Made by a program: the position numbers and the translations under genes. A DNA stretch of 64,000 nucleotides from Cetorhinus maximus (lineage: Eukaryota). The stretch lies in NCBI RefSeq assembly GCF_964194155.1, contig NC_135901.1, positions 27,962,001 to 28,026,000 on the forward strand, read 5' to 3'. Below, piece by piece: positions 47,722 through 61,834 of the stretch (positions are counted from its first letter, which is position 1; each line of letters starts with the position of its first letter). A model generated the notes under the pieces. The model did not search any database and was not told the origin of the DNA. It saw only the letters and a program-made list of their open reading frames with translations.

Positions 47722-48460
47722 GAAGAGAAGCGCGAGAGGTGCCGGGAGTTGAAGAGAAGCGCGAGAGGTGCCGGGAGTTGAAGGGAAGCGCGAGAGGTGC
47801 CGGGAGTTGAAGGGAAGCGCGAGAGGAGCCGGCAGTTGAAGGGAAGCGCGAGAGGAGCCGGCAGTTGAAGAAAAGTGCGAGGAGTCGGCAGCTGAAGAGA
47901 AGCGAGGGGAGCCGGTAGTTGAAAAGAAGCGCGAGAGGAGCCGGCAGATGAAGAGAAGCGAGAGGAGACGGCAGCTGAAGAGAAGCGCGAGAGGCGCCGG
48001 CAGATGAAGAGAAGCGCGAGAGGAGCCGGCAGTTGAAGGGAAGCACGAGTGACGCAGGTAGTTGAAGGGAAGCGCGAGAGGTGCCGGCAGATGAAGAGAA
48101 GCACGAGAGGAGCCGGCAAATTAAGAGAAGCCGGCAAATTAAGAGAAGCGCGAGAGACGCCGGCAGATGAAGAGAAGCGCGAGAGGAGCCGGCAGTTGAA
48201 GAGAAGCGCGAGAGACGCCGGTAGTTGAAGGGAAGCGCGAGAGGAGCCGGCAGCTGAAGAGAAGCGAGAGGAGCCGGCGGATGAAGAGAAGTGAGAGGAG
48301 CCGGCAGTTGAAGAGAAGCGCGAGAGACGCCGGCAGTTGAAGGGAAGCGCGAGAGGAGCCGGCAGTTGAAGGGAAGCGCGAGAGACGCCGGCAGTTGAAG
48401 GGAAGCGCGAGAGGAGCCGGGAGTTGAAGAGAAGCGCGAGAGGAATCGGGAGTTGAAGAG
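47722..48460 (+). repeat. Expanded ~29-bp minisatellite (~25 units)
   Basis: GAAGCGCGAGAGGAGCCGGCAGTTGAAG(G/A) variants; about 5 units in the paralog. Confidence 0.9.
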
Positions 48461-51436
48461 TCGCCAGCTGCAGATCCTGGAAGTCCCGCTTTCGGAGTTG
48501 AAGCGGCGGCTGGGAAGACTGGAGCATCCGCGAGGTGGAGAGTATCATGGATAGAAGGTATAGAGAGGGGAATGGCCTCTCAGGGGTAAGCAGCAACAGG
48601 CAAATTCGTTACATCACGGTTGGCTCTGCTGCACAGGGGAGGAGTAAAAAGTGTGGGAATGCAATAGTTATAGGGGATTCAATTGTAAGGGGAATAGATA
48701 GGCGTTTCTGTGGCCGCAAATGAGACTCCAGGATGGTATGTTGCCTCCCTGGTGCAAGGGTCAAGGATGTCTCAGAGCGGCTACAGGGCATTCTGAATGG
48801 GGAGGATGAACAGCCAGTGGTTGTGGTACACATTGCTACAAACGACAGAGGTATAATTCTTGAGTCCATTATGAAATATTTAATAGCTGCGCACGTGGAA
48901 AACAGTGGCAGAATCGGACAGAGTCAGCATGGATTTATGAAAGGGAAATCATGCTTGACAAATCTACTGGAATTTTTCTAGGATGTAACCAGTAGAGTTG
49001 ATGAGGGGGAGCCAGTGGATGTGGTTTACTTGGACTTTCAGAAGGCTTTCGACAAAGTCCCACATAAGAGATTGGCGTGTAAAATTAAAGCGCATGGGAT
49101 TGAGGGTCATGTATTGAGATGGATAGAAAACTGGTTGGCAGACAGGAAACAAAGAGTAGGAATAAACGGGTCTTTTTCCGAATGGCAGGCAGTGATTAGT
49201 GGGGTACCGCAGGGATCGGTGCTGGGACCCCGGTTATTCACAATACATATTAATGATTTAGATGAGGGAATTAAAAGTAATGTCTGCAAATTTGCAGATG
49301 ACACAAAGCTGGGTGAGGGGGTGAGTTGTGAGAAGGATGCAGAGATGCTTCAGTGTGATTTGGACAAGCTGAGTGAGTGGTCAAATGCACGGCAGATGCA
49401 GTATAATGTGGATAAATGTGAGGTTATGCATTTTGGTAGCAAAAATAGGAAGGCAGATTATTATCTGAATGGGAATGTGCAATGAGACCTGGGTGTTCTT
49501 GTACACCAGTCGCTGAAGGTAAGCATACAGGTACAGCAGACGGTAAAGAAGGCAAATGGTATGTTGGCTTTCGTAGCCAGAGGATTCGAGTCCAGGAACA
49601 GGGATGTCTTGCTGCAATTGTATAGGACCTTGGTGAGATCATACCTGGAATATTGTATGCAGTTTTGGTCTCCTTATCTGAGGAAGGATGTTCTTTCTAT
49701 AGAGGGAGTGCAGCAAAGGTTTACCCGACTGATTCCTGGGATGGCGGGGTTGACATATCAGGAGAGATTGAATCGTTTAAGATTATATTCACTGGAGTTC
49801 AGAAGAATGAGGGGGGATCTCATAGAAACCTATAAAATTCTAACAGGGCTAGACAGGGTAGCTGCAGGAAGGATGTTCCCAATGGTGGGGGAGTCCAGAA
49901 CCAGGGGTCACAGTCTGAGGATATGGGGTAGGCCATTTGGGACTGAGATGAGGAGAAATTTCTTCACCCAGAGAGTGGTGAGCCTGTGGAATTCGTTACC
50001 ACAGAAAGTAGTTGAGACCAAAACATTGTATGTTTTTAAGGAGTTAGATATAGCCCTTGGGGTGAAAGTGATCAAAGGGTATGGGGAGAAAGCGGGAGCA
50101 GGCTATTCAGTTGGATGATCAGCCATGATCATAATGAATGGTGGAGCGGGCTCGAGGGGCTGAATAGCCTTTTCCTGCTCCTCGTTTCGATATAAAAAAA
50201 TGGATGAGGTCCTCAAAGCAGAATATAGGGAATTAGGAAGTAAGTTGAAAAGTTGGACCTCAAAGGCAGTGATCTCAGGATTACTACCAGTGCTCCATCC
50301 TCATCAGAGTAGGAATAGCAGGATATATCAGATGAATATGTGGCTGAAGGGATGGTGCAATGGGGGAGGGTTTCAGATTCCTGGGACATTGGGACCGGTT
50401 CTGGGCAATGTGGGACCAGTACAAACTGGCCGGGTTACACCTGGGCAGGACTGGGACTGATGTCCTAGGGGGAGCATTTGCCAGAGTGGCTGGGGAGGGT
50501 TTAAGCTAAAATGGTAGGGGGATCCTATGCAAGGAGTCAGGGGAGGGGGAATCAAGGACATGAACAAAAGACAGAAAGGGAAATTAGAAAAGTGATAGGC
50601 AGAGAAATCAAGGGCAAGAATCAAACAGGGCCTCAGTGAAAAATAGTGGGAATGGGACAAGTAATGTTAAAAAGACAAGCCTTAAGGCTTTGTGCCTTAA
50701 TGCGAGGAGCATTTGCAATAAAGTGGATGAATTAAACACGCAAATAGATGTAAACAGGTATGATATAGTCGGGATTACGGAGACATGGCTGCAAGGTGAC
50801 CAGGAATGGGAACTGAACATCCAGGGGTATTCAGTATTTAGGAAGGACAGACAAAAAGGAAAAGGTGGTGGATTTGCATTGCTGGTTAAAGAGGAAATTA
50901 ATTAATAGTAAAGAAAGATATTAGCTCCAACGATGTGGAACCTGTATGGGTGGAGCTGAGAAACACTAAGGGTCAAAAAACGTTAGTGGGGGTTGTTTCT
51001 AAACCCCCAAACTATAGTGGTGATGTTGGGAATGGCATTAAACAGGAAATTAGAGACGCATGCAAGAAAGGAACATCTATAATTATGGGTGGCTTTAATC
51101 TGCATATAGATTGGGCAAATCAAATTAGTAACAATACCGTAGAGGAAGAATTCCTGGAGTGTATACGGGATGGTTTCCTGGGCCAATACGTTGAGGAACC
51201 AATGAGAGAACAGGCTAACCTGGACTAGGTATTTTGTAATGAGAAAGGAATAATTGGCAATTGAGGTGTGCGAGGCTCCTTGGGGATGAGCGACCATAAT
51301 ATGATAGAATTCTTCATCAAGATGGAGAGTGATGTAGTTGATTCTGAGACTAGGGTCCTGAATCTGAATAAAGGAAACTACAATGCTATGAGGCGCAAGT
51401 TGGCTATGATGGATTGGGAAACGTTTCTTAAAGGGA
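48461..51436 (+). mobile_element. Nested CR1 composite, copy 2 (RT insert about 48853-50190)
   Basis: Esterase ORF1, RT (YLDFQKAFDKV, GVPQGSVLGP, FADDTK), ORF1 remainder, then EN. Confidence 0.85.
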
Positions 51437-51639
51437 TGAGCTCAGTCAGTCTCATACTCTCGCCTCTGAGTCTGAAGGTTATGGGTTCAAGTCCCACCCC
51501 AGAGACTCGAGTCCCCCATAATCCAGGGCTGGCACTCTTTCAGTCTTCAGCTGCCAGGATCCTAAACTCTGGAATTCCCTCCCTTAACCTCTCCACTTCT
51601 CTCTCCTCCTTTTAGACTCTGCTTAAAACCTACCTTTTC

Positions 51640-52075
51640 TTCTCTCACATCAAGGTCTTGATAAGCTGTGACCCCAAAACAAAGCTGATTTATTTGACAT
51701 TTACCCAGAATATTAATCTCCAGCCCAGTTACAGGGGTTATTAAAATCAACAGAAACAAACCCCAACTGTCAGAATGAACATGGTTCAGTCCTGGTTGTG
51801 ATTAGCAGCAGCAATAATAGCAGAATCCAGCCCCTGGAGTGAACAATGGACTCACTGGTGTGTCAGGAGCTGGGATGAGCGAGTGAATCCGTTCCCACAC
51901 TCGGAACATTTAATCAGCCTCTCGCCTGTCTGAACCCACTGCTGGGCCAGCAGGCTGGCTGACTGAGTGACTCCATTCCCACATATGGAGCAGGTGAATG
52001 GCCTCTCCCCAGTGTGAGCTCACATATATGTAACCGAGCTGGATGAGGAAGTGAATCCCTTTCCTTCTCCTTCAA
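51640..52075 (-). pseudogene. Decayed ZNF remnant B'
   Basis: [18 protein letters not shown]; family 3' UTR at 51765-51835. Confidence 0.7.
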
Positions 52076-52729
52076 TCTGACCCACGCCATCATGACCTGC
52101 ATCATGGGTAGAACAAGGAGGCAGGTCCCGAATCCACCCCAGCCTGAATGTGGATCGAGCCGCATGCTATTGGCACCAATCTGGTCCGCACTCACCATCC
52201 AGGTGACTGAGCCGACCAGCCCCCATCCACCATAAGGAACAAGAGAAACATACACTGTTATGCGCAATTTACAGTCTGGAGCTATGGATAGTGATGGTCG
52301 CAGCTCCAATTTCTTTCCATCGTGTGGCTGAGCCGAAATCTGTCCCACTCTTACCACCTGTCATTGATGTGTATTGGAAGGTTTTACAAGTTGATGCTAA
52401 ACCTGTTTGGCTGCATCGTGAAGACACTTTCCTTGGCCATCAAGTCCTGGACTGGGACTTGAACCGGGAGCTTCAGGCTCAGCGGCAGGGACACTACCCA
52501 CTGCTCCACAAGACCTACCCCGGCACCCATTGCCCTCCCCAATATGTCACCAGCTGTCTATATCTTTACAGAAAGAGAGTCATATTCTACCCGAAACATT
52601 AACTCCGTTTCTCTCTTCACAGATGATTCCTGACCTGTTGAGTATCTCCAGCACTTTCTGTTTCTATTTCAGTCGAAGTGTTTGCACTCGAAACACCTGT
52701 TTTGCTAAGGGGGCGTCACAATCAAACCC

Positions 52730-53420
52730 AGTGACTACCCACATGTACTTTGTTTCCGGGCGGGGTCACTGCGCTCCCCACCCCACTTTCCATCCCAGTC
52801 CCAGGATTTTGGAGACTGGGCTCCGGATGAGTAATGGCGGCCGCAGCTCCCACAGTCCCCCGCGGTGGGGAAGCCGCTCTATCCACCGCGCGGGCGGGCG
52901 ACCCGGGGCTGCGCATGTCCGAGGTGGAGGGTAAGTTGCCCATGTGCGGGGGAGAGCCCGCCCCTTCCCTTCATGCTGAGGGCTCCACCAATGGGAAAAG
53001 TTGGTGGACCGGATGAACTCTGGCCTTCCAGCCAATGAGAGCGTGGGCTTTGTGTGAATGAAGATTGAGCTTCACACAGACTAAATCTTCTTCCTGTGTC
53101 CAACATCTGTGAGTAAAACACTTTCTTTTCTCCCCCTTTCCATTTCTTTTCTCATTCTGGGGGTAACTTGTTGAATTGCAGGAACTGAAGGGGAAGGAAG
53201 TGAATCCAGGGAGGGTGCAGACTCTGGAAAGGTTGGCCCAGGTCTCTCTCTCTCTCTTAAAGACATTGACATTATTTGCTCCCTCAGATTGACACATTTA
53301 ATTGTCTGGCTAAAAGGATGGTCTCTTTCCTAATGCTCACAATTAAAGGGGTGGTTTCCCCAGGAGATGGCTGACATTTAAGGGGGCAGGAAATTAATAT
53401 AGGACAGAGATATGTCTGGT
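52730..53420 (+). promoter_or_regulatory. CpG-rich core and 5' module of gene I
   Basis: CCAAT near 52988 and 53032, GC box, donor 53109. Confidence 0.75.
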
Positions 53421-54339
53421 GTTGTTATATGGTACATATTAGACTTGATATTTATGGTTCAGGAATAAAGTACATTTATTATTATTTCTAGTCTTTTAAT
53501 ATATGTAGGTACGTACATATTCAATATATTTTTGGCTGTGTCTTCAAGTTCATTTATTATTTCTAGTCTTGTAATATAGTACTGGAGCTGCCTTATATAT
53601 TTCCAGCCTTACATTCATTACAACACAGAAAGAGCCCATTTGGAAACTCAAGTCCAAGATCGTGACCACGCGCTAAATAAATAAAGTTCTTCCTCGCATT
53701 CCCCCTGTATCTCTCACCAGTAAATATACTTCTATGAGGATTTTCAAGTCATGAACAGGAATCAGTGACCATTCATTTTTTGATCAGCATGAATCGGCAC
53801 CTTCAGGAGAATTGGGAGGGTGCACATTCGGTGCAGCAGAGTAAGAACGGAGGGAGAGTGTGTGGGATACAGATTGACAGCTTTTGGGAAATGAGAGAGG
53901 AAAGAATTCTCCATACAAAGTAGAATTGTTGTTTCTGAATTTCTGTCCTGTACTGACAGTGATGAATTTTGTAAACACCTTTTACAGAAGGGGATTTGCA
54001 GACAGAAATCTCAATGTAAACATCACATCAAGATCTAAGAGAGCAACCCATTTCATCAGGACCTGAATATCACCAGCCTTTGAATCCAGAAGGAGAAATG
54101 TTTGTCTGCTCTGTCAGCCTCAATCAGTTTTAAACGTCTGTGTGACTGGAAAAGCACCAAGACACACACACCCGAGTGAGAATGTTTCCAGTGCACTGAC
54201 TGTGAAAAGGGCTTTCACCAGTTACACAGACTAAAAAAAAATCACCATTCACAGTGAGGAGAGACATTGTACATGTTCTGTGCATGGACGAGGCTTCAAC
54301 TGACCGTTGGACCTGGAGAGACACAAAGACAGCTGCACC

Positions 54340-54930
54340 ATGGAGAAACCATGGAAATGTGGGGACTGTGGGAAGGGATTCAGATGCCCATCTGAGCTGG
54401 AAATTCATAGACGCAGTCACACTGGGGAGAGGCCGTTCACCTGCTCTGTGGGTGGAAAGGGTTTCAGTCATTTATCCAACATAATGTCGCACAAACTAGT
54501 TCACACCGGTGAGAGATGGTTCACCTGCTCTGAGTGTGGGAAGAAATTCAGATCCCCATCTAAGCTGAAGATTCACCGATGCACTCACACCGGGGAGAGG
54601 CCATTCACCTGCTTTGAGTGTGGGAAGGGATTCAGTCAGTTATCAAACCTGCAGACACACCGGCGAGTTCACACTGGGGAGAGGCCATTCACCTGTTCTG
54701 CGTGTGGGAAGGGATTCAGTGATTCATCTGGCCTGCGGACAAATCAGCGAGTTCTCACTGGGGAGAGGCCGTACACCTGCTCTGAGTGTGAGAAGGGATT
54801 CAGAGATTCATGCAGCCTGCTGACTCACCAGCGAGTTCACACAGGGGAAAGGCCGTTCATCTGTCCTGTGTGCGGGAAGGGCTTCAATCAGTCAAGCAAC
54901 CTCCTGCGACACCAGCGAGTTCAAAAATGA
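54340..54930 (+). CDS. C2H2 ZNF gene I, 196 aa, near-identical to gene C
   Basis: Differs from C at only two residues (DSSS/DSCS, TEERP/TGERP); acceptor 53986-53987. Confidence 0.8.
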   Translation: MEKPWKCGDCGKGFRCPSELEIHRRSHTGERPFTCSVGGKGFSHLSNIMSHKLVHTGERWFTCSECGKKFRSPSKLKIHRCTHTGERPFTCFECGKGFSQLSNLQTHRRVHTGERPFTCSACGKGFSDSSGLRTNQRVLTGERPYTCSECEKGFRDSCSLLTHQRVHTGERPFICPVCGKGFNQSSNLLRHQRVQK

Positions 54931-57900
54931 TTACAGGAGTTGGATTCTGCTGTTATTGCTGCTGTTATTCACATCCAGGACTGAACCATGTTCATTCTGA
55001 CACTTGGCAAAGTGGGAGGGTCGATGGGTTTCTTTCCGCTGGTCTGGCCGATCTCACGACTTTGCTTCCAGTGGGCTGATGCTCTTTGAGCCTGGGAGTG
55101 CACATTTCCACTGAAATGATCCACAAAAGCTGATGAAGTACATTTATTTTACCCTAGATAGTAAGTAATGATTTTCTTACGACTGGAGGTAAATCTAAAA
55201 GAAGTACATTTGTCTCTGTTCCATTGAGTCTACAGCACTGGGCCAGGCCAGTTGGCTCAATTGGTCTCTGTCAGTATTTATGCTCCACATGAGCCTCCAC
55301 CCACCCCTCTTCTCCCCCCATCAGCACATCCTTCTATTCCTTTCTCCCTCATGTATGTATCTAGCTTCCCCTTAAATGTATTCATGCGATTCACCTCAAC
55401 CACTCACTGTGGTAGCAAGTTCCACATTCTCACCACTTGCTGGGTAAAGAGGTTTCTCATGAAATCCCTATTGGTTTATTGATCCCCTTCACCATCTTTA
55501 AGACTTCCATCAGGTCACCCTTCAGCCTTCTCTTTTCTAGAGAAAAGCAGCCGCAGCCTTTCCTGATGGTTAAATGCTCTCAGTTCTGGAATTATTCTTG
55601 TGAATCTTTGTTGCCCCATCTCCAGTGCCCTTATTTCCTTTTTCTAAATGGAGATGACAAATGTTGACAGGACTCCCAGTGTAGTCTAACCATGGCTTGA
55701 AACAAGTTGAACATAACCTCCCTGCTTTTCAATTCTATCCCTCTAGAATGGAACCTATATCTGGGCCCCACACTTTTGGAGAGATGTGAAGTTCTTAGAG
55801 AGGGAGCAGAGGAGATTTACGAGAATGGCACCAGAGATGAGGGACTTCAGTTATTTGGAGAGATTGCAGCAGCTACAATTGTCCTCTTTAGATTATTGAA
55901 TCATCAGGGAAGAAAATGGGGCCATTCCGTCTATCGAGTCCATGATAGCTCTATATAGAGCAAACCAGTCAGTCCCATTGCTTCGTGGTATCCCCGTAGT
56001 CTGGCAGCTTTATTTCCCTGTAATGCCCATCCAATTTCACTCATCTCCTCTGTTTCCACCACACCTAAAGGCAGCGAGTTCCAGGACATTACCACTCGCT
56101 GTGTAAAAATGTACTTCCTCACATCCCCCTGCATCTCCTGCCCAAAACCTTAAATCTGTGTCCCCCTCGTCCTTGTACCATCAGCGAATGGGAACAGCTT
56201 TTCTTTGTCCACCTTCTCTAACCCTGTCATAATCTTGTACACCTCTATCAAATCTCCCCTCAACCTCCTTTGCTCCAAGGAGAACAACCCCAGTTTGACA
56301 TCAAAAATAAAATATGTTCATGCCTGACATCAAATGTGAATGTTGAATTTCTGTTTTGAAAATATTATGAATATATTGTACTGGACAGTAAAGGTATTGG
56401 AATAACTCACCTTGGGTATTGCTCAGTGGAATATGTCAACCTGGTAACCACCTACATTCTAGTGAAAGGCAAGAAAGTGGAGATCAGATGAATAATTTGA
56501 CATCTTATCTTGGAAATATTTGTTTCCTTTCACAATGATTTTAAAAAAAAGAAAACCACATTTGACAGCCTGGCCAACACCTGAAATATCAGGACCATAA
56601 CAGGGGGAGATAAGCAAAGGCAGACACCCACTTTGATCTTTTGATAAGCACACCTGAAAGTTCAGAATATGTGGAGTGACATTGGGATACCGGTGTGAGT
56701 GTGCAGATGTGATTTGTTACATGTGAAGACAATAGCACGTGTAAATTCATGGCGAAGTGGACTGAAGACTGGGTCCCAAACCATACACAGCTACTTGACA
56801 AACAGCCTGTCATTAAATGGTTAATGTGGCCAGGGGAATGAGACAACATTTTGACATCATCAAGGCACTGACACACACTCCAGAGAGAAACTGACTTTAA
56901 AACAGTCAGAATAGAATTAAACACACTGGTCATGGTCAAAAAATAAGTAAAATTGAAGTAACCGAGACAACATTTGGGTTGGGACAATTAAGGGCTTGGG
57001 AGAAATAATACTGAGTGAGAACTGTCCACAAGTCAGACAGGAGTAAGGAGAGAGCTGGAGAATCTTTTACATCCATGATTGATCTGTTGCTTGAAGCGTA
57101 TGTCCTTATGTACTAGTAACCTAGAACTCACGGTGCTCCTTCAGGAGAAAAGATTGAGTAGGTGTTACCCCAGGTGGGGCCAGAACAGAACTGGAAAATA
57201 ACGGAGTGAAATTGAGTGAGGGGTCAGAGAGAGAGTTCCGCTCCCCCTCAGGGTGTGGACTGTAAGAATCCTGGGGGACCCCCTACTTCGGGTTTTCTTG
57301 CTAATTAGTGAACACTAAATTAAAAACTATGACAGGCTGTGCATTGATTTCTAATTTGATTGTTACATTTATCCTGTTTTTATTCCTGTTGTGATTACTC
57401 TCTGAGTAAGGATGGTTGACAGGTGACAGGAAGGGAAATTGTGGTTTGGAATGCTGACTCCCTGTACCGGGGATGGAGTGTGGGAAGCCAATTGTTTGAG
57501 AGTTTGATGTGGTTTGGGCAGGTACAAATGGTTCAATGACAGGTTTTGTAATTGGTCCATTCAAATGTTAGCTCAGCAATGATTGGGTTAAATCAGTCTC
57601 CATAGACTTTGTGATGTAAAAAAGTATCAGAAGGGATTCCCCGAGCACAGAGATTTGTAGAGGTTTTACATATTGCATTGACTGGTGCCATGGCATCTGG
57701 GGCAGAGCAGGGAGCATTTACATGGAGATGGTGCTTCTACCCAGAGTGTAATGGTAATGCTGCTGCACTTTGATACTACTGCTCAGACATGAGCATGTGT
57801 CAGGTCTTATTTATACTAAATAAAATCTAACCACTGTCACCAATATGGGTTATCACTGTGAATCATTTCAGAGTTTGGGAAAAGGGTATAAACGGTTAAT

Positions 57901-59159
57901 TGACTCCCTGAACCCCATTTTCTAACATCGCTGTTAGAAAATCTCATCTCCCCCTCTGGCTCCTTTGCCACTTACCTGAGAGGGACTCACTTTCTGTAAA
58001 AGAGCCTGCCAACCCCGCTCATCCACTTTCCCTGAAGTGCATAAATCTAATCATGAAAAGCCCAGAAAAATCAAATATTTTTACTGATATAAGTTTATTA
58101 ATGAAACAGAACATGGTTAAAAACAGAAAATTACTTGAGGATCAAAGACAACCAGAGTAAAATGATGTGCACAATGTTCTGCACCCAAATGGTTTATCTT
58201 TAATTCATCTGTCCCCAGTTCACTGCCCTCTTTGTGGAACACCTCCGCTCAGTCCACAAGCATGACCCTGACCTTCCAGTTGCTGCCATTATAATTCACC
58301 ACCTTGCTCTCATGCTCACATTTCTGTCCTCGGCCTGCTGCAATGTTCCCGAGAAGCCCAATACAAGCTGGACGAACAGCACTTCATCCTCCAATGAGGC
58401 ACTTTACAGCCTCCTGGACTCAACATTGAGTTCAACAACTTCAGACCGTCAACTCTGTCCTCCATTTGGATCTATTTTTCGTGGCTGGGTTTGCTGCCAA
58501 CGCGGGGCGTGCTCACTTGTACTGCTTCACGCCGTGACATCATTGTGAGTGATGGAGATCAGAACTCTACTCATTCCCCTAGCCTCAGTGTGATACTCAT
58601 CCTCTCCAGTTAGTTTCTCCCTGTTTTTAAACCAATTTTGAACTCGCAGCAATCCTAATGAGAACTGAAACTGAAGAACAAAATTCAATGAACAATCCTA
58701 GAGAGTGGATTTTGGACAAAGAAGGGGCTATTTCATTCAGAACAAAATTCAATACCCATTTTTCCCTCGGTCACTTCCTTTAGCTTTCTCTGTTTCCATG
58801 GCGTATTTTCAGTTCTATTATATACAAACCCGGGCTGCTCACTCATCAATACCTGAAACATTTTACTATTCTCTGCACTGTCTGTTTCTTTTAACATAGA
58901 GTCAAATACAATCCACTGTTTTCTCTTCCACAATCTGTAACATATGTAGTTTTGTTAACAATAACAACGGAAATGTGTGGTTTTACTTTCCAATGTTTCT
59001 AATCGGGCTGCGTTTACTGCAGGTGCATCCGGCCAATGACGTTATTGGTGTTGAGCGCTCAGACGGACAAGTGCACATGTGCAGACGGGTATTGGTGGCC
59101 ATCTTGTGCAGTCATCTTGTGCGGCCATCTTGCGTTGACAGGGAACAAGGTGTTTTTTA

Positions 59160-59525
59160 ACCAAGTGCCAGTCTGGATCTCATTTTCATGATTTTTGCTT
59201 TCAGACAGAGCTGTCCCTTATTCTGCCATTAACACTTAGTCTAGGTGAATGCTTTGTTTCTTTATTACAACCATTACTATTCCTTTTACATGTGGTTCCA
59301 TGATATTTTTGTCATTTAATCTCGCTCACCCTCAAACCAATCCCTGACTTTCCCTATTGTTCTACCTGACCGTCCCCCCTTTCTCAACAGCATCAAACCC
59401 ATCATATTTATCCCTCTCTCTACTTCTGAAGAAGAGTCATATTGGACTCATATATGAAATCTGTTTCTCTCTCCACAGATGCTGCCAGACCATTCCAGCA
59501 CTTTCTGTATTTATTTTAGATCAAC
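59160..59525 (+). mobile_element. Old Penelope tail remnant downstream of gene J
   Basis: Homologous to 29250-29620; CTGAAGA-AGAGTC-ATATTG-GACTC with broken GAAA box. Confidence 0.65.
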
Positions 59526-59782
59526 CTGTAGTGGTAGAAAAACACTATTTACTATCCAAGATAAAATAAATCTATTTTGTCAGCTTTTGCAGATAATTTC
59601 AGCAGAAACGTGAATTCCAAGGCTCAAAGATCATCAGACCAATGGAAGCAAATTCATGAGACCGGCCAGTCCAGCAGAAAGAAACCCTCTGACCCTCCCA
59701 CTTCACCAAGTGTCAGAATGAACATGGTTCAGTGCTGGATGAGATTAACAGCAGCAATAACAGCAGAATCCAAACCCTGTAA

Positions 59783-60541
59783 TCACTTGTGAACTTGCTG
59801 GTGTCTCAGCAAGTGCGATGAGTGAGTGAATCCCTTCCCACACTGAGTGCAAATGAACAGCCTCTCCCCAGTGTGAACTCGCTGGTGTGTCTGCAAATTG
59901 GATGAATGAGTGAATCCCTTCCCACACTCAATGCAGGTGAACGGTTTCTGCCCGGTGTGAACTCGCTTGTGGGTCTGCACGCTGTATGAGTCAGTGAATC
60001 CCTTACTGCACTCGGCGCAGGTGAAGGGCATCTCCCCAGTGTGAATTCACTGGTGTGCCAGCAGGGTGGATGAAACAGTGAATCCCTTCCCACACTCAGA
60101 ACAGGTGAATGGCCTCGCCCCACTGTGAACTCGCTGGTGTTTTCTAAGGTCAGATGAATTACTGAATCCCTTCCCACACTCAGAGCAGGTGAACGGCCTC
60201 TACCAGGTGTGAACTCGCTGGTGTGTCTGCAGATGGGTTGAAATACTGAATCCCTTCCCACACTCAGAACAGGTAAATGGCTTTTCCCCGGTGTGAACTC
60301 GCTGATGCCTCTGGAAGTTGGATGAATCACTGAATCTCACCCCACACTCAGAGCGGGTGAAGGGCCTCACCCCAGCGTGAACTCGCTGGTGAGTCCGCAG
60401 GGTGGAAGAAGCAGAGAATCCCTTCCCACACTCAGAGCAGGTGAACGGCCTCTCCCCGGTGTGACTGCGTCGATGCGTTTCCAGCTTCAATGGGGTTTTG
60501 AATCCCTTCCCACAGTCCCCACATTTCCACTGTTTCTCCAT
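59783..60541 (-). pseudogene. C2H2 ZNF gene J, 9 finger units, in-frame TAG after finger 4 (may encode a 113-aa truncated protein)
   Basis: [17 protein letters not shown]; linker HTGERP reads HTW*RP at 60200-60202; downstream fingers stay in frame. Confidence 0.75.
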
Positions 60542-61499
60542 GGTGCGTGTGTGCTTGTGACTCTCCAGGTTCGACAATCAGTTGAAGCCTAGTCCACACA
60601 CCGGACACGTACAGTTTCTCCCCGCTGAGAATGGCGATGTTTTTTCAGGCTGTGTAACTGGTTAAAGCTCTTTCCACAGTCAGTGCACTGGAACACTCTC
60701 ACTTGGGTGTGTGTATCTCAGTGCTTTTCCAATCACACTGATGTTTAAAATCTTTTGAAGCAGGTAGAACAAACATTTCTCCTTCTAGATTCAAAGGCCA
60801 GTGATATTCAGGTCACGATGAATCAAGCAACTGTCAGATTTTGACGTTAAGTTTGATTTGAGATATCAGTCCACAAATCCTCCCTTTCTAATATCCTGTA
60901 AAAGGAGTTTAGAAAAGACACCACTATCAGTACAGGATAGAGATTCAGAACAATTTTAGTTTCTGTGGTGTACTCTCTCATTCCCCAAAAGCTGTAAGTC
61001 TCCTCAGCATGCACTCTCTCTACATTCCAACTCTGCTATACTCTCTCTCTATTCTCATTCTGCTGTATGTACAGCACCTAAAATGTGTCTAATGTACAGA
61101 ACTCTTACATGATTAAGAGATACTTGGGGCTGTGAGGGAGAACTTTATTTTGACAGCAAGTGGTGATGATCTGTAACTCGCTGCCTATGAGGGTGGTGGA
61201 AGTGGAGGCAATCAATGATTTCAAAATGAAACTGGATGGACAATTGAAGGAAATAACCTTGCAGAGGAACGGGGACGTAGACGAGGATTGGGACTGTCTG
61301 GATTTCTCCACAGAGAGTCGGCATGGACTCAAATTACTGAATGGATTCCTTCTGTGCAGTAATGACTCTATGACTGGAAATATATAACGTAACTACACTA
61401 ATATATATTAGGACTAGAAATAATAATAAATGTGCTTTACTACAGAACAATAAATACCACAAAATTAGACATATCTATGTCCTATATTACTATATTGTC

Positions 61500-61831
61500 T
61501 GGGGTGTGCAACTCCTCTGAAATTAAATAAGGGACACTTCAGCTGTGGGGCTGGAGGCATGGAGTAGGGGAGGCTGGAGACAGAGAGTGCTGGTTGTGGT
61601 GGGCTTGGGTTTCAATAAGGGGGGTAGGGAGGAGGGGTCTTGCAACGTATCTTGTTTAGTCAGAACATCATCTCTCTGCTGGCCAACTCGCTCACTTACC
61701 GCCCCACTTGAATTGCTCAAATTCACCCTGGAGACCCCTGGGATCAGTTTTCCACAGGCTGTCCTAGAAATATGGGACAAAAGGCAAAATAAGGAGCAAT
61801 CCCTTAAAATGCAGGACAGTTAATCACCCTG
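61500..61831. mobile_element. Non-autonomous hAT-like DNA transposon in the intron of gene J
   Basis: Imperfect TIRs TGGGGTGTGCAACT / AGTTAATCACCCTG; 8-bp TSD ATATTGTC / AAATTGTC; empty site in the other paralogs. Confidence 0.6.
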
Positions 61832-61834
61832 AAA

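Larger units (their letters stand above)
45790..58795 (+). repeat. Segmental duplication copy 2 (partner 4515-17225)
   Basis: Same order of elements and the same nested-CR1 junctions. Confidence 0.9.

Noticed and set aside
47718-48596. 292-aa ORF (also 6457-7035)
   Set aside because: Antisense reading of a purine-rich minisatellite and CR1 ORF1; low complexity.
59806-60330. Alternate-frame ORFs over ZNF arrays (…[11 protein letters not shown]…)
   Set aside because: Predictable shifted-frame translation of C2H2 codons, seen over every array.
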